DNA of 63,969 nt, counting the filler, from Choristocarpus tenellus KU-1152 (taxonomy: Eukaryota; Protista; Phaeophyceae): assembly GCA_964200185.2 (NCBI GenBank). It is 8 parts of 8 records of this genome, joined end to end, with 100 filler letters (N's around TTAATTAATTAA, not from the genome) between each part and the next. Parts side by side here need not be neighbours in the genome. Positions count along the whole stretch, not along the records: positions 6,160 to 21,202 come from CAXNAD020001070.1; positions 21,303 to 28,512 come from CAXNAD020006527.1; 6 more parts are not named here. The stretch is one strand, 5' to 3'. Within the stretch, counting starts at the first letter, position 1, and every line of letters begins with the position of its first letter. Position numbers and translations under genes: made by a program. Shown one piece after another: positions 13,092 to 25,209 of this stretch. The notes beneath the pieces were generated by a model. The model was not told where the DNA came from. It ran no database searches and saw only the letters and a program-made list of their open reading frames with translations.

Positions 13092-14869
13092 TCGAAATTT
13101 ACGTACAAATAATTGTCTTTGTCATTGAAATAGTAATTGTTATAATACTAGTAGTAGCGGCTAGACTAGTAGATACGACAGAGCCCATGTGAGGTTGCCC
13201 AGTATACTCCTCCTTGGCTTCCCAGGTGTTGTTGAGGATTTCCAAAACATGTGGTGGTATTAGCCGTTCGTGGAGTTTGTCGCAAGTTGCAACCACCCCT
13301 TTGCTCCACTCCCAGCTCATGTTAAGGTTGAACCCCTGTTGTCATTTGGGTGCTTTATTTTTCCTACCCATCTTGGTATTTCTTTCCCCTTCCTTCTGTC
13401 CTCTTCTGGAGTGTGTGAACGTCAGGTAGTCTGGAGTGAAGAGTCCATAGGCATACTGTTGGAATGTATACTGCAAGGGTTTGGAGTGCAACTCCTCGTT
13501 AGGGCTTAGCCAAGGAAGTAGTCTTCAACTCCTCTCCTTGTACGTCAGCAATGGACCACGCTGGTGCCACATTATTGATGCGATCAACCATGAAGTGCCA
13601 GTTATTCACAAGGAAGAACGCAATGGTTGCCTGGATTGTCAACGATGCCAATTCCATTGAGTGACTAGCTTGGAACAGTGAGACTTTCTTTTTCAACAAC
13701 TCCACAATGAGAGGGCGAATTGCTTTGGGGCTGGGAGAAAGAGTGGTGGTCGGAGAGAGTAATGGAACACCCAAAACCGCAATCTGCTCCTTCAGAGCAT
13801 CTATGCGACAGTATCTGATTCTAATGCATACCTGAAGGTGGAAGTCCTAGGAGCTGCGGCAGGTATGCTACAACTGAAAATTGTTGTCTGAGTGGACAAT
13901 GGTGTTCAACAGCATGATGGGCATCAACATCAGAGGTGCATCAGTTCAGCAATTTGGCGGGAGAATTGCGCATGCACAAGCGGGAGCACTATGTACATAT
14001 TACATGTACTACCGAAACCTGGGACCAAGTGGTGGGGATATCACCAACTGGTCGGGAATGAATTCGGGTTACTTTGACTTGCTCAAGTCTAGGTAAGTTG
14101 TTCAAATACAAGAACTTACTTACGCTCGTATGGTGTACCAATTGTTAAAATGGTCACGGGGGGGTATTTTCGCACACCTACTTCTTGACAGTTGCAAAGA
14201 AGTTGTGTATAGTATGTATGTGTGTCTGTTGTGTGTGCTCGAAGTATTGGTAGTAGTATGTTGTTCGAGTGAGCGTTGCATGTAGTATTATCACCGCACA
14301 GCACACACTCTACTTTCTGTGGAGTATGTATCATTATTTTGTGTTTTTTAATGGTTATTTTCGGAGGAGGTATGCGTAATATATGCAATATTTTTTATAT
14401 ACACATACATTATTTTATTATATATGTTGCACATATGTAGAAAATAGGTTTGTTGTTATACCGTTATTGCCGTACATCATACACCGTTATACCGAAAGAG
14501 GTTTCCTTGTCAGGAATCTCCAATTCCAGTGGAGGGTCTTACGAGTAATTGAGGAGTGGAATCTCTCAAGAGATCAATCCCACAACAAGTGGACACATCT
14601 TCAACCAGAGATGTCACACATCAAAGATTCTCTTTCTTGTAATGCCTTCACCTTTGTGATGATCCCCCTCTCGTAAGATTGACATCACTTCGCATTTCCT
14701 GCAAGTCCTTGCAGTCTTGCGCTTATTCAACCTAAACATTGTCCTCTCGGTTACAGTTCATCTTGGTCCGTCTGGTCTGTCTTGCCTGGTGATTCTCTTC
14801 ACCATCCTTGCCTGAGTGAACCACGCGGCCACAGAATTACATGATTCATATATATTGCACACACATCAT

Positions 14870-15530
14870 ACTACTATTAGCAATACCACACTACAACAAC
14901 TACTACTACAACCACTACTGCACGCATTTGTTCGTAATGTCTTGCGAGATGCATGGTAATGATGATGTCCAGAAAACATCGATTGATGATCAATCTTTTC
15001 GTAGTGAGTGTTGGTCTTGGACGTGCTACCTCCTCTCTCGTTCAATACACTCATTCCATCTATCTATCTTTTTTCCTTACCGTTATTGTCATCGTAGTAG
15101 CGGCAGTAGGCGTTACTTGTAGTAATATTGGTACAGAAAACAAATATTCACACACAACATACGGAATTACTACATCAAAACAACAACAGGCATCATCCTT
15201 GTCGTTGAGTGAAGAGGCTATTACGAGCCTTAAATACCAACAGCAAAGGTGTATGGCACTGCGTGAGACTAGGCCTCGTTTCAACAAGTTCTCCACCAGC
15301 GACAAACTACGGTATGCACGACAAACCTCCAGTTCAGTTATGTCTCGCTGAAATCAACAGCCAATATATGTGAGTCAAAGTATCCAGGGGCGGGGGGGGG
15401 GGGGGGGGGGGGGCCCCCCGCGGGGTGCCGCTCCGCCCCCAGCAGGGAGAAAAAAACATTAACCTCTACCCCAAAGAAAANNNNNNNNNNGGGAGGAAAC
15501 AGGTGAGGAGACAGTGGAGGGGGAGAGGCG

Positions 15531-15563
<33 letters not shown>

Positions 15564-15780
15564 CTACACCAGGGTGTCCATTCCGGCCCTTACTAGGAGA
15601 AATGAACTTACACTATTCATCCAACGAATGCAACCAAATCGCCCAAAATCTCGACATGTAAAAATGGGCCCCAAATGGACAACCGTCACCCCCACCCAGA
15701 TACTTTGAGCCTATATATATGTATGTAGGAAATTCACTCTGGGTTTCACTGATCCATTCTGCCCTAAAAAATCCTGTATT
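14870..15780 (+). repeat. Dispersed repeat copy interrupted by a MITE
   Basis: Homology to the reverse complement of 11670-12250 continues on both sides of the MITE at 15372-15711. Confidence 0.85.
15372..15711. mobile_element. MITE subfamily A (poly-G TIR), with an artefactual internal duplication and 10-N gap
   Basis: gagtcaaagtatcc-G(n) ... C(n)agatactttgagcc. The core aligns by eye to the reverse complement of 46671-46844. Flanks aatatatgt / tatatatat could be a degenerate 9-bp TSD. Confidence 0.8.
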
Positions 15781-15814
15781 CTTAGAAGTGGAAACCTAAG
15801 GGCGTCTAGGGACA

Positions 15815-16062
15815 GAGGCAAAGTAAACGAGAGGTACTCATATTTTGGCCGTTTTTCATTTTAAGCCTGTTTTCCAATCTTTTGCAATTCACCAGTATTC
15901 TGGATGAAGTTCTAAGTTTGACTTGAGAGCGTTTATTTCTCTGTTGTTTGAAACTTTTCCGACACAGTTCAGAAAGTATCCTATTCATATTTGTAAAAAA
16001 AAACTAAATATTCCACATGTTTGTCAGCATCCTTTGAAATGCAACTCTGTCATTTACTTTGA
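15815..16062 (-). mobile_element. MITE subfamily B, copy 2
   Basis: TIR-like ends caaagtaaacgagaggtac ... tcatttactttg. Body is homologous to the other B copies. Confidence 0.75.
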
Positions 16063-16875
16063 TTAACATAATCTATGTAAAGTTATGGTACTTCTCATGT
16101 AAATGAGACAGAGGATGGTGAGCAAGCAGTGAGATTCCGCTCGTAGCTGGCTACTTATGTGTGGGTGGTAGGGGGGCTGCGGAGGTTTTTGGTTGAAAGG
16201 GAGCAGTGAAGGCACGACTGCAACAGATTGAGGCAGTCAAAGCACAAGTAACAACCTCCTGGCGTGTCACGTGCATTAAGATGGAGGTACCGGGTCGGTG
16301 GGCTAGAGATGAGGGCTTGACTAACTTTGTGGGACACCTCCCTTGTTTCTAGACCGCCTTGGTATCAGCATTAGGTCAAGAGAGGAGTTCCAGGTAGTAC
16401 TATATTTTTAATTGTACTGAGTACTCCAGAGTAGTTTATAGTTGTCTTAGTATGTCTCTATTTTTCAATTAAATGCACTACAATTGCTCTTCTTGTTGGT
16501 GTATCCAAATAACTTTTCTGCAAGTGAAAGACGCCTTTTGTTATTGATGCGCTTGTCGTATCCATTTCCTTGTTATTACACCTATTCTCATTTTTCCCTC
16601 CCAAGATAACAACAGGTACTGAAAAATGTCAGTGGACATAACCATATACATATTATGGAGTACATGGTACATCAACAATCACCTTCAAACAACCAAGAAG
16701 AAGCACATGGTGGTGACACGCATAGCTGAAACTGGCCCTACAAAGAAAGCGGTCTAGGAACAAGGGAGAAGATCCACAAGTCCGTCATGCCCCGCCCCAT
16801 CCACTGGCTCAGTGTCTCCAGCTTGAAGTGGATGATGCCACAATTCCAAATTGCTATTGCGCCATTACTACTAAT

Positions 16876-17129
16876 GAGTTAAGGTAAACGATAGTTGCCT
16901 TTTTAAGGATGCTGACCAAAATGTGGATAGCTCGTCTATTTTACAAATGCTCTAGGATAAATACATTTTCTTAATTGTGTCGAAAATTTTCAAACGATGG
17001 CGAAATCAATGTTCTCAAGTAAAACTTGGCACTTCATCCATAGAAATATGAGTGAACTGCAAAAGACTAAATAACTATTTTAAAATGCAAAACGATCAAA
17101 ACCTGGGTACCTCTCGTTTACTTTGGCTC
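16876..17129 (+). mobile_element. MITE subfamily B, copy 3
   Basis: gagttaaggtaaacg ... ctgggtacctctcgtttactttggctc. It is inserted within an older repeat (16740-17230). Confidence 0.75.
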
Positions 17130-19099
17130 ACCAACACAATCTATTACAGGTGTGGATTCACTGGTCCCTTCCTCCTGAAATCCCCAGCCCCCCTACCACT
17201 CACCTTTTTGTGTCGCCAGCTCAAACAGGAATTGCTCTGCCTCTGTGCCGAGGTGGCATGCCCAACCAAATTTTCCACCTCAAAAACGTTGAGGTATTTA
17301 AGAATCTGGAGTCAAAGGTTATTTTTCTCTATACTTTAAGGCTAGGCAGTTACTACCGCCCTAGTAGTTAGCTGTGTCGATTATTCCAGACTATAGAAAC
17401 GACAGCATCTGCAAACTGCAAATGTCAACCGGGACAAAATATTATGCATTGAGTCAAAGTAAGTAAGCGAGAGGCACCCAGAGAGTTGCATTTAAGGATG
17501 TTATACTAATATCTGAAAATGTCGGAGTGGGGCTTGAAAATATATTCATACCTCCGTTCGGAATTAAATGCATCATAACTTTTGCAACCTCCATTCAACC
17601 TCTATTCTCGCCTGGGAATGACCCACGTGATAAACCCTCTAGACCAGGCTTAGTTCTCATATAGATAGAAGATATGTGAGAATTCAAATTAAATTTCCGA
17701 CGTTGGACGAAGCGGATTAGATTTTTGGCCACAGGTTCTTTGAGGAATCGGACGGACTCGCGACGTACTTTCGAGCGTGGTCGATGTTAGCGTTAACCTT
17801 TGCGTTAACCTTAGGGTTAGGGTTAGGCACCTCTGGACTCCACCTGATCAGTAAAAAAACTGAGGCGAATGATCTAGTCCACTCCAACCTCGGAATTTTT
17901 ACCGACTCGCGATATAGGCCACATTAATAGCTCAAGGAACAACAGCAAGAAAAATTACATAGTGCAAGGTGAATAACATAACAAAACGGAAACAGTCTGT
18001 TTTGTTTACATGAAAGTCCTTTGCATTCATAAGGCACACAAAAAACCCCATTCCATGATGAAAGCTCTAATCAATCCATATCAAACAACGTTTGTCATTA
18101 ATAGTTAGAAGTATATAATTGAAAACAGGAAAACACGAAAACACGAAAACAAGAAAATCTTGGGCAAATAATATAGCGAAACTGCTCTTAAATTGGTGTT
18201 ATGAAGGGGGTGTAGAAGCAAGGTAAGAGTCAGACCATTCTGTCAAGCCCAATCTTACCCACCTACCTGGTATTTCTATTTTGAAGTGTATGTCCTATGT
18301 AGAGATTGCTACTTTTCACTTGTGCTGTGACTGACACTATCAGTATCAACTGCTGTATGTCTAAATTATATTGCTGCTGTAAATAAAATATATCAGGTGT
18401 TGACTACTTGGCCCTTGTCGCCCCTTTGACGAACTTTTGCGTTGCCTGTCCTGTGTGTCGATAACATAGAAATGTTAATGTCGGAATATCCTAGAAACCT
18501 GGTACGTGGTGACTGCATCCAAGAAATGTGCGACGGCAAAGTAAAATATACGTTTATCTGCCCCGAAACTGGTAACCCGACCTTGTCCTAGTCCAACCAA
18601 ACGACTCACTCCTGACATCTTTGTCCCACATAATAATATTGATACGTAGACATCACTTTATTTTATCAATGAATTGATCTGGTTAGGAGATTACTGAAAC
18701 GGCGAAACGTTGTATTATGAAATGGTGGAAAGTATATAATAAGTCTAACAGGTTTCTTTTCATGTCCTGTAGAGGTGCTTCTTTATTTATTTTATTGTGT
18801 GATTTGGTTTGTTTCTGGGCATATCCCTCAAGAGCACACTAGGAGGTTGAGTCCTAACTTACGCCATCTGAACACGCCGGGAGGTGGGCGAGTGCAAGCT
18901 ATACTATCTACGACTGTAAACAGCACCTATCCTTTGCTTGCTGGTGGAGCCGGAGACAGTCTTGGAAAGAAACTGGAGGGTGGAGTTTGAGGTTAACTCC
19001 TGCTGCAAGCAGGGAGGGTGTTCAATGTGTCATCGGAGAAGAAGAAACCCGTAGGGTGAGGGCGAGGAACCGATTTTTCGGCCTTCTCTTTCTTAGGGG

Positions 19100-20010
19100 A
19101 GAGTTATCTGGGACGTTGGCTCAAATCCCAGATACAGGTTCAGCAGAGACAGATTATGACTGATCGAATGACCCATGGCTAATGGGCAAAGGACAAGATT
19201 GAGGAACGCGACAGAGGTGCATTTCGGGGAGGCTTTAGTTCCATTGCACTGTGCATAAAACCTTGAAAAATGGGTAATCAGATGTCTGACACTGTCGTCG
19301 ATCAGCCCAACTCTACGCATCACGTGGTCCAGGACCCGGATGAGGCACGCCTCCTGAATCCATTATCTCGACACGGCTGTGGGCGGGGCCAGAGACAAGG
19401 TCGCGGAGATGGTCACAGTCAGACACATGGTAGACTTGCGGGATTGGGTGAGGGAAGAGGAACCGGCGAAGGTGGTACAGGTGCAGCAACCATGGACCTA
19501 GAAGATGATCACCCAGAAGAACACAGACTGGGAGACGTTGGCGACCCCGACAGGGCATCAGAGCTTGGGGTTGAGTCAGGAGTAGTGGCGTCTTACCCGT
19601 TTCGCTACGGCATGCCAGTCCAGGCAACGCACTGTACTACAATGGAGAGAGTGGCTGAGATGAACCTAGCTTATGCAGAGTCTGCGCAAAGGGATATCGA
19701 GAGCGATGAGTCAAAGCGCCGACAACAGACGAGGTTGATTCTCCAGTCTCGTCAGTCGTTGTGAGTAATTCGTAGAAACAAATGTTGAAGCTCGACGTAG
19801 CGGCTGAACTAAGCCCTGTAGAATCACAAACCGTACAGCCATCGATATGAGACAGTCCTTCGCATCGTTTGGCATACCTCATTTCTTTGCTGTCCCACGG
19901 TTGCCGTTGGGACAGCGTTGATGTATTAAAGTGTGATCTTTACGGTCGCCGTCTAGAGTGTTATGTCAGGAGTGAGGTGAGAGGGACAGGCTGCATAACA
20001 TGGTAAGTCT
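19100..20010 (+). pseudogene. Decayed ORF of unknown family
   Basis: The 164-aa ORF 19270-19764 extends upstream in frame through two stops (GRWLKSQIQVQQRQIMTDRMTHG*WAKDKIEERDRGAFRGG). Protein-like text also continues downstream (KQMLKLDVAAELSPVESQTVQ...). Confidence 0.4.
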
Positions 20011-21302
20011 GAGACTTCCAATAAGAATTAGCATGTGACTGGAGCATCGAAGCCTCCAACCTAAAACATTCTGGTGAACGCTTGTAGTTGTGGGACAACA
20101 TAGCTGCTGTCGAAACCTCCATGTTCTGTCTCGATGAAGACTAGGACTAGGGGTAGAGCAAACTTGAGGCTAATGGTTCTTTGAATGGCAATGTTGTTCT
20201 ATGATGGACAAATGTGAGAGGGTTTTCTACGGTTTGCCAAGAGTTTGTGGACCTTTCAGTGCTCACCCTTCTTTCCCCAGAACAATTTGTTGCCAGAAGC
20301 TTTTTACAATTTGAAACTGCTTTGCACAACTGCCTTGAAACACTGTTTTTGTTGCTGTTGTTACTACTGCTGTGCGTTTTTAAGCGGTGTAATACCCAAG
20401 ATATGGACAAAGAAAGCACCTATGACAAGGTATAGATCTTAGGTCAAGCATGGTACACATAGAACCACCTGTGTGTGTGTGTTGTTCAGGCGCGGTTCAT
20501 GCCCCTGTGGTACTAGTTGCACTGTGATTTGTTCTTGCAAAGAGCTTGCTACGACATTAAGACGACTCAAGATAAAATCTTACGTTGAAGAGGCTCTTAA
20601 TATCCCTGTCTGCTGCAGAGTAGTAACAAGATTTAGTTAGCATCGGACTGTGAATGCTTCCTACTGGTTCTAGGTGTTTTTGTATGTGCAATATATATCT
20701 CTTGTTTTGCAACATGCTCCCTACCTCCTACCTAATTTTGCTATGATGCCATTAGCTGACTGCACCCTTCTGAAAACATGTGCCTGACTGAGATGCAGTC
20801 TTAAGGATACTTTCTTCCCTGTCACCGATTTTGTCAAATGCCTCCCTTCTCTCTTGGAACACCTTGGTGTTATTACTGATATTGCCACAACCAACCGCAT
20901 GAGTGACAGCAGTGGGGGAGCAAGAGATGCCAGGTGTGATGTCCTCACCCCCAAAGGTAATAGACGACTGAGACATTTCCTACATAAGCAGACTCTAGGA
21001 GGGATAGATGAACACCACCATGGAGAACATGCAGATTGGGAAGGAAATGTACAAACTGCTGCTTTGGTTGGGGTTATTAGGCAGTATGATGGAGAGAAAG
21101 GGGCCCGACCGGGGGTGGGAATAGTGCTGAAGGGTGGTCTTGACAGCGTGAGTGGGGAGGAGGAGGAGGAGGAGGAGGAGGACGGACGTGGGGATGGGGA
21201 TGNNNNNNNNNNNNNNNNNNNNNNNNNNNNNNNNNNNNNNNNNNNNTTAATTAATTAANNNNNNNNNNNNNNNNNNNNNNNNNNNNNNNNNNNNNNNNNN
21301 NN

Positions 21303-23910
21303 TGCTACAGCACGCTCCAGAAGCTTACCTCCACAGGATGTATATCTCCAATCTTGAGGCCTATAGATTACGCTGATGCGCGTATAGGACTCCTGATGAA
21401 CAAGTCATCAAATATGCTGTATCTCTCACTTGGGTTATTCCCTTCATAAGTATAAGTACGGTCAACATCATCACATAAAAAGGGAGTCTGATAATAATAA
21501 ATAGTAAATAAATAGTCAAGAAGTACAAATATATCAAATCTAGGTCTTCAAGGTCATAATGCTGTTTATGAAATCGCCATAACGACATATCGCCTGTAAC
21601 ACATTTGTCCCTTGGGACCAAGTATGCACTTTGCGACCTGCCTCACTCAACGCCCACCCAGCACCCAACAATCCTCTTCAACCTCATTGGCTCCATCCAA
21701 AGTATCAGGTGATCATATCCTTGCTAGGTTTATTTTCCCTCCTGCGGAGCAACATGTGTTACAGGCGAATAACGCGAGTATTTCTTCCCGCGCTATAACC
21801 GGCGCGAGCAGTGTACGCGCGTGGGGAACCCCAAAAGGAGGAACTCCGATTTGCTAGAAAGTTGCAGAATAAAATCTGTAACTCGGGAAAGCCGCAAAGG
21901 GTCCCAGATGGAAAGGTCGCAAAGGTTCTCAGATATATTCCAATATCTGTAAACCAAAAGAAGCCCCAACGATAAATGATGATAAGAGATCCTAAAAACG
22001 ACTCCAAACGGCTTAGTTCTTCTGACCCAGAGATCCCACCTTTGTTGTTGTTCTCTCTTAACTGATATCGATAAATATACTTTCCTTGTGCTACTTGATT
22101 CACCTGAGAGTACTCCTGTTCTGCTGAGTTGACGTGCGCTAATCTGTGAGTTGGATTTGAGTTGTACATCCTGTGGAGGTGAGTTCTGAGGGGCGCCTGT
22201 AACACATGACCACTGCAGTATTACCGGTCAACAAAGGTGCTCCACCTACAATTCGATAGTTCATATTATATCACACATGCGTATTCATTGCTGCTGTCTA
22301 TCCTCAAGGTACCTTGGAACCTTACGCGTTTATATACTACTTGAAAGGGAAACAAAACCACTCAGATATATTGCACCTATTCTAGAAGGCTCTTGTATTC
22401 AGGGAAGGATCAACTCATGCTTAGTGAACCAATGTATGCTGCTGTCATGGCGTTGATGTTGTTTTAATACTTCCATGATTACATTAATCAAATCTGGGGT
22501 GATTTCTTGAGGTCTTGAGGTATATGTTCCTTGTGCCAGATTCCAAAATTCGCCTCCATCTTGTTGCAGAGTCCTAGTATTCAAGATGCGCAAGGGAAGT
22601 TTAGGAACCTGATATACGTTATATTGTACCACCCTTCTAGATTACTACCCATTCTTGGCTTTAGGTAGTAAAATCAAATTCTCAGTTTTCGTTGCCTCCA
22701 ATTTGCTATTTTGTCGAAAGTGCAGGTGCCCCACATTGTCTTATTGCCAACCAAGCTTTCTCGGTAGGGAGTAGGGTATACATTCGCTCCAGATCCACAC
22801 AAGATATCGATCCTCTTGCTCCTTGAGGAGCTGGGCGTTACAATTATTACAATACTCGTCCAGAATATATCATGTCATCCGTCACCATGAATGTTGAGGA
22901 GGGGTGTGTTGGATCCTTATTGCTCAACTTCTCCTGTCTTTGTGGTCTGCCTCAACTGGATGCGGGTGAGTTTATAGACGGTGGACAGAACCTATGTGCA
23001 GGTGGGTCCTCTGCCGCTGGGTTGCCGGAAAAATATCTAAACCGTTTCGTCAAAGATTGTTCCACTTTAGGCAGTATTTTCATTGGCTGGGTTAGGGAAA
23101 TATATCTGTACACCTGTCGTTGTCTGCAGTAGAATGAATAACCATCTCCTTGTCTTTCCTGTTGTAATCGGAGTGTAGGTAGTGGTCGAGGAGAAAATCT
23201 CTGTTTAACTTTTTCTTTTATGATATCTGGGTGCGTAAATTGCTAAGCAAAAAATAGGACATGACTTCCTTGATGCCAGGTAGAATTTGTTCTCTCTTCA
23301 TGGTGTCCGACTTTGCCTCATCTTGTTACTCGAATTCAGTAGTTGCTCGAGTCTTACTATGAAGTCGATCCTGTCTTCAGAGACTGAACATTGCGGGTCC
23401 CAGAGTTGTGCTTCCAGCATGATCAATTTTACCGGGACTTCCTCCTCCACTCGCCCTCCATAGACTATCCAGTTCCAACATGCCCCCCTGCATTCCAGGT
23501 AGTCCTCTTCTTGCACCAACAGAACTGGAATTGACCCCTTTTGTCACTTGGGCGACGAGCAGAAACCACAACTCATTCTTCTTGGTGCAGTGTTGAATGT
23601 TCCAAGTCCCACTCGCTCAGTTGATGATGTAGGTGGTTCAGGAATCTCGTATCCCATTTTCATGAGGCTGATAGGCCCTTCCCCCCAGCCTAGCCTATCA
23701 CTGACATTCTTCAGGTTGGTCACAACTCCAAGGACCTACCAGTTGCGCCCTTCCACACCTGGAGCTTCTTCAGATCGTGCTCCATACTTGGTAGGGTCAA
23801 ATCTGTGCAAATATGCTCCATAAACTGCCATTTGTGAAAATGTTTTGTAAGACTTGGCCGGGGTAGAAGTCAGGAGAAGAAAGGAGAGGGGGGCTCACAC
23901 GGTCCCCTGT
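21303..23910 (-). mobile_element. Probable Ty3/Gypsy-type LTR retrotransposon relic (gag-protease region, truncated by contig end)
   Basis: Decayed ORF chain from ~23832 with a degenerate aspartic protease motif RIDILCGSGAN (~22781-22813, D->G). A pre-RT-like segment (FDDLF...IHPV) lies at the contig end. A possible LTR-end/PBS ...TTAACA-GGGGACCGTGTGAG lies at ~23895-23912. Confidence 0.5.
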
Positions 23911-23927
23911 TAAAACGTGATGGTTTG

Positions 23928-25035
23928 AAAATAAAAAGTCTTGTAGTTGTACTCTCATCCCAATGTTTCTATATTTTTTTCTACTGGAAGGTTTTATGGG
24001 AATAGTGTATGTAGTATAGTTGGAAGTAAAATAATAGTAAAAATTGATTTGGGAGAGATAACGTTAACATTTTCGATGACTGTTATTTTTTGAGGGGTCC
24101 TTACGATATTGAATTGGCTTTTTCCCTGACCTGCAAAATATCAAAGGGGATAATAATACATATAGGTCAACTCTGCAAAGCAATGGATATCCCTTGCAAT
24201 ATGGAGGACGGTAGCCAATTCACTGCGGATCGGAGTTTCCGCTTGGATATGGTCTTCCATGATGAGACACTTGCGGATGCCCGATCAGCTCCCTACTGAG
24301 AAAAAGTCTCCTCCTGGATGTTACAATGCAGAAGTGCAAGCAGTCTTCCATCTGCCCTGCTCATCCACCAGCAATGCTGTGTAGTGGCTGCTCCTGTTGA
24401 GGCGCGAAAGCGCACCCACTATGAGGGTTCTTTTGACCCTCGTGTTTTAACCTTAACACCTTCGTGGGGGAAAATTTTCGGAGCCTGGGTAAGCAAGTAG
24501 AAAGTGTTCTGGGCGAGTTAGCTACACTTGCGGTAGGGGGGGGGGGCGTGAGGTTACAGGAGGAAAGGAGCTGTCAAACCCCGTTTTCGACATAGTGTTT
24601 GTCGTAACACCAGTGGCTCCATCAAGATGTGTCATGCTTTTAAAGCTGGAGACACTGGGGAGATGGACAAGGAGGGCCCTGTCAGATTCTTGGGATGCTT
24701 CCCTAGATCGTAGCACCATGGTGTAGGGCTAAGGTAGGTTGGAGGCTGAGGTGGGGAGTGTAGTATATCTGGTAGTCAAATAGTTCAGTGATGTTGGAGA
24801 TATATCTTTCATATTTAAGACAAATCTTATTTTTTTGAGAGGTTCTTATGATATTGAATTGGCTAATTCTCTGACACATTATTTGTAAAAATGTTAGGGG
24901 TATTAAAATACAAATATACGACAAATCCGCAAAATGTCGAAGGGCATAATAATAAAAACATACGTACATAGAATACTTGATTTCCCCCCTGACACATCTG
25001 CAAAATGTCAGAGGGCATAATAATAAAATAGAATA
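23928..25035. mobile_element. Unclassified element with hairpin-motif arrays (copy 1)
   Basis: Motif CCCTGACA..GCAAAATGTCAGAGGGCATAATAATA at ~24123, 24871, 24921 and 24984. 23928-24160 is reverse-complement homologous to ~54060-54322. Internal 24530-24720 is homologous to 33010-33195. Confidence 0.6.
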
Positions 25036-25209
25036 CTTGAAGTTCATGAAAGCGGTATATTCGTTATCCATACCGCTTTCAATAGTCAGGAGAAACAGTT
25101 GTACGAGTTGTTTTTGGAACTACGATCTGACGGACGATGTGTCAGGTACGCTCATCACGCACGGCCTCTATCTGTGCTCTTGGTCTGTGAGGAAAGATCC
25201 TAACTCACG

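Noticed and set aside
17810-17826. True chromosome end
   Set aside because: Only 2-3 TTAGGG units, internal to a contig.
18680-18715. Hammerhead ribozyme candidate (cgaaac)
   Set aside because: No CTGANGA core or flanking stems.
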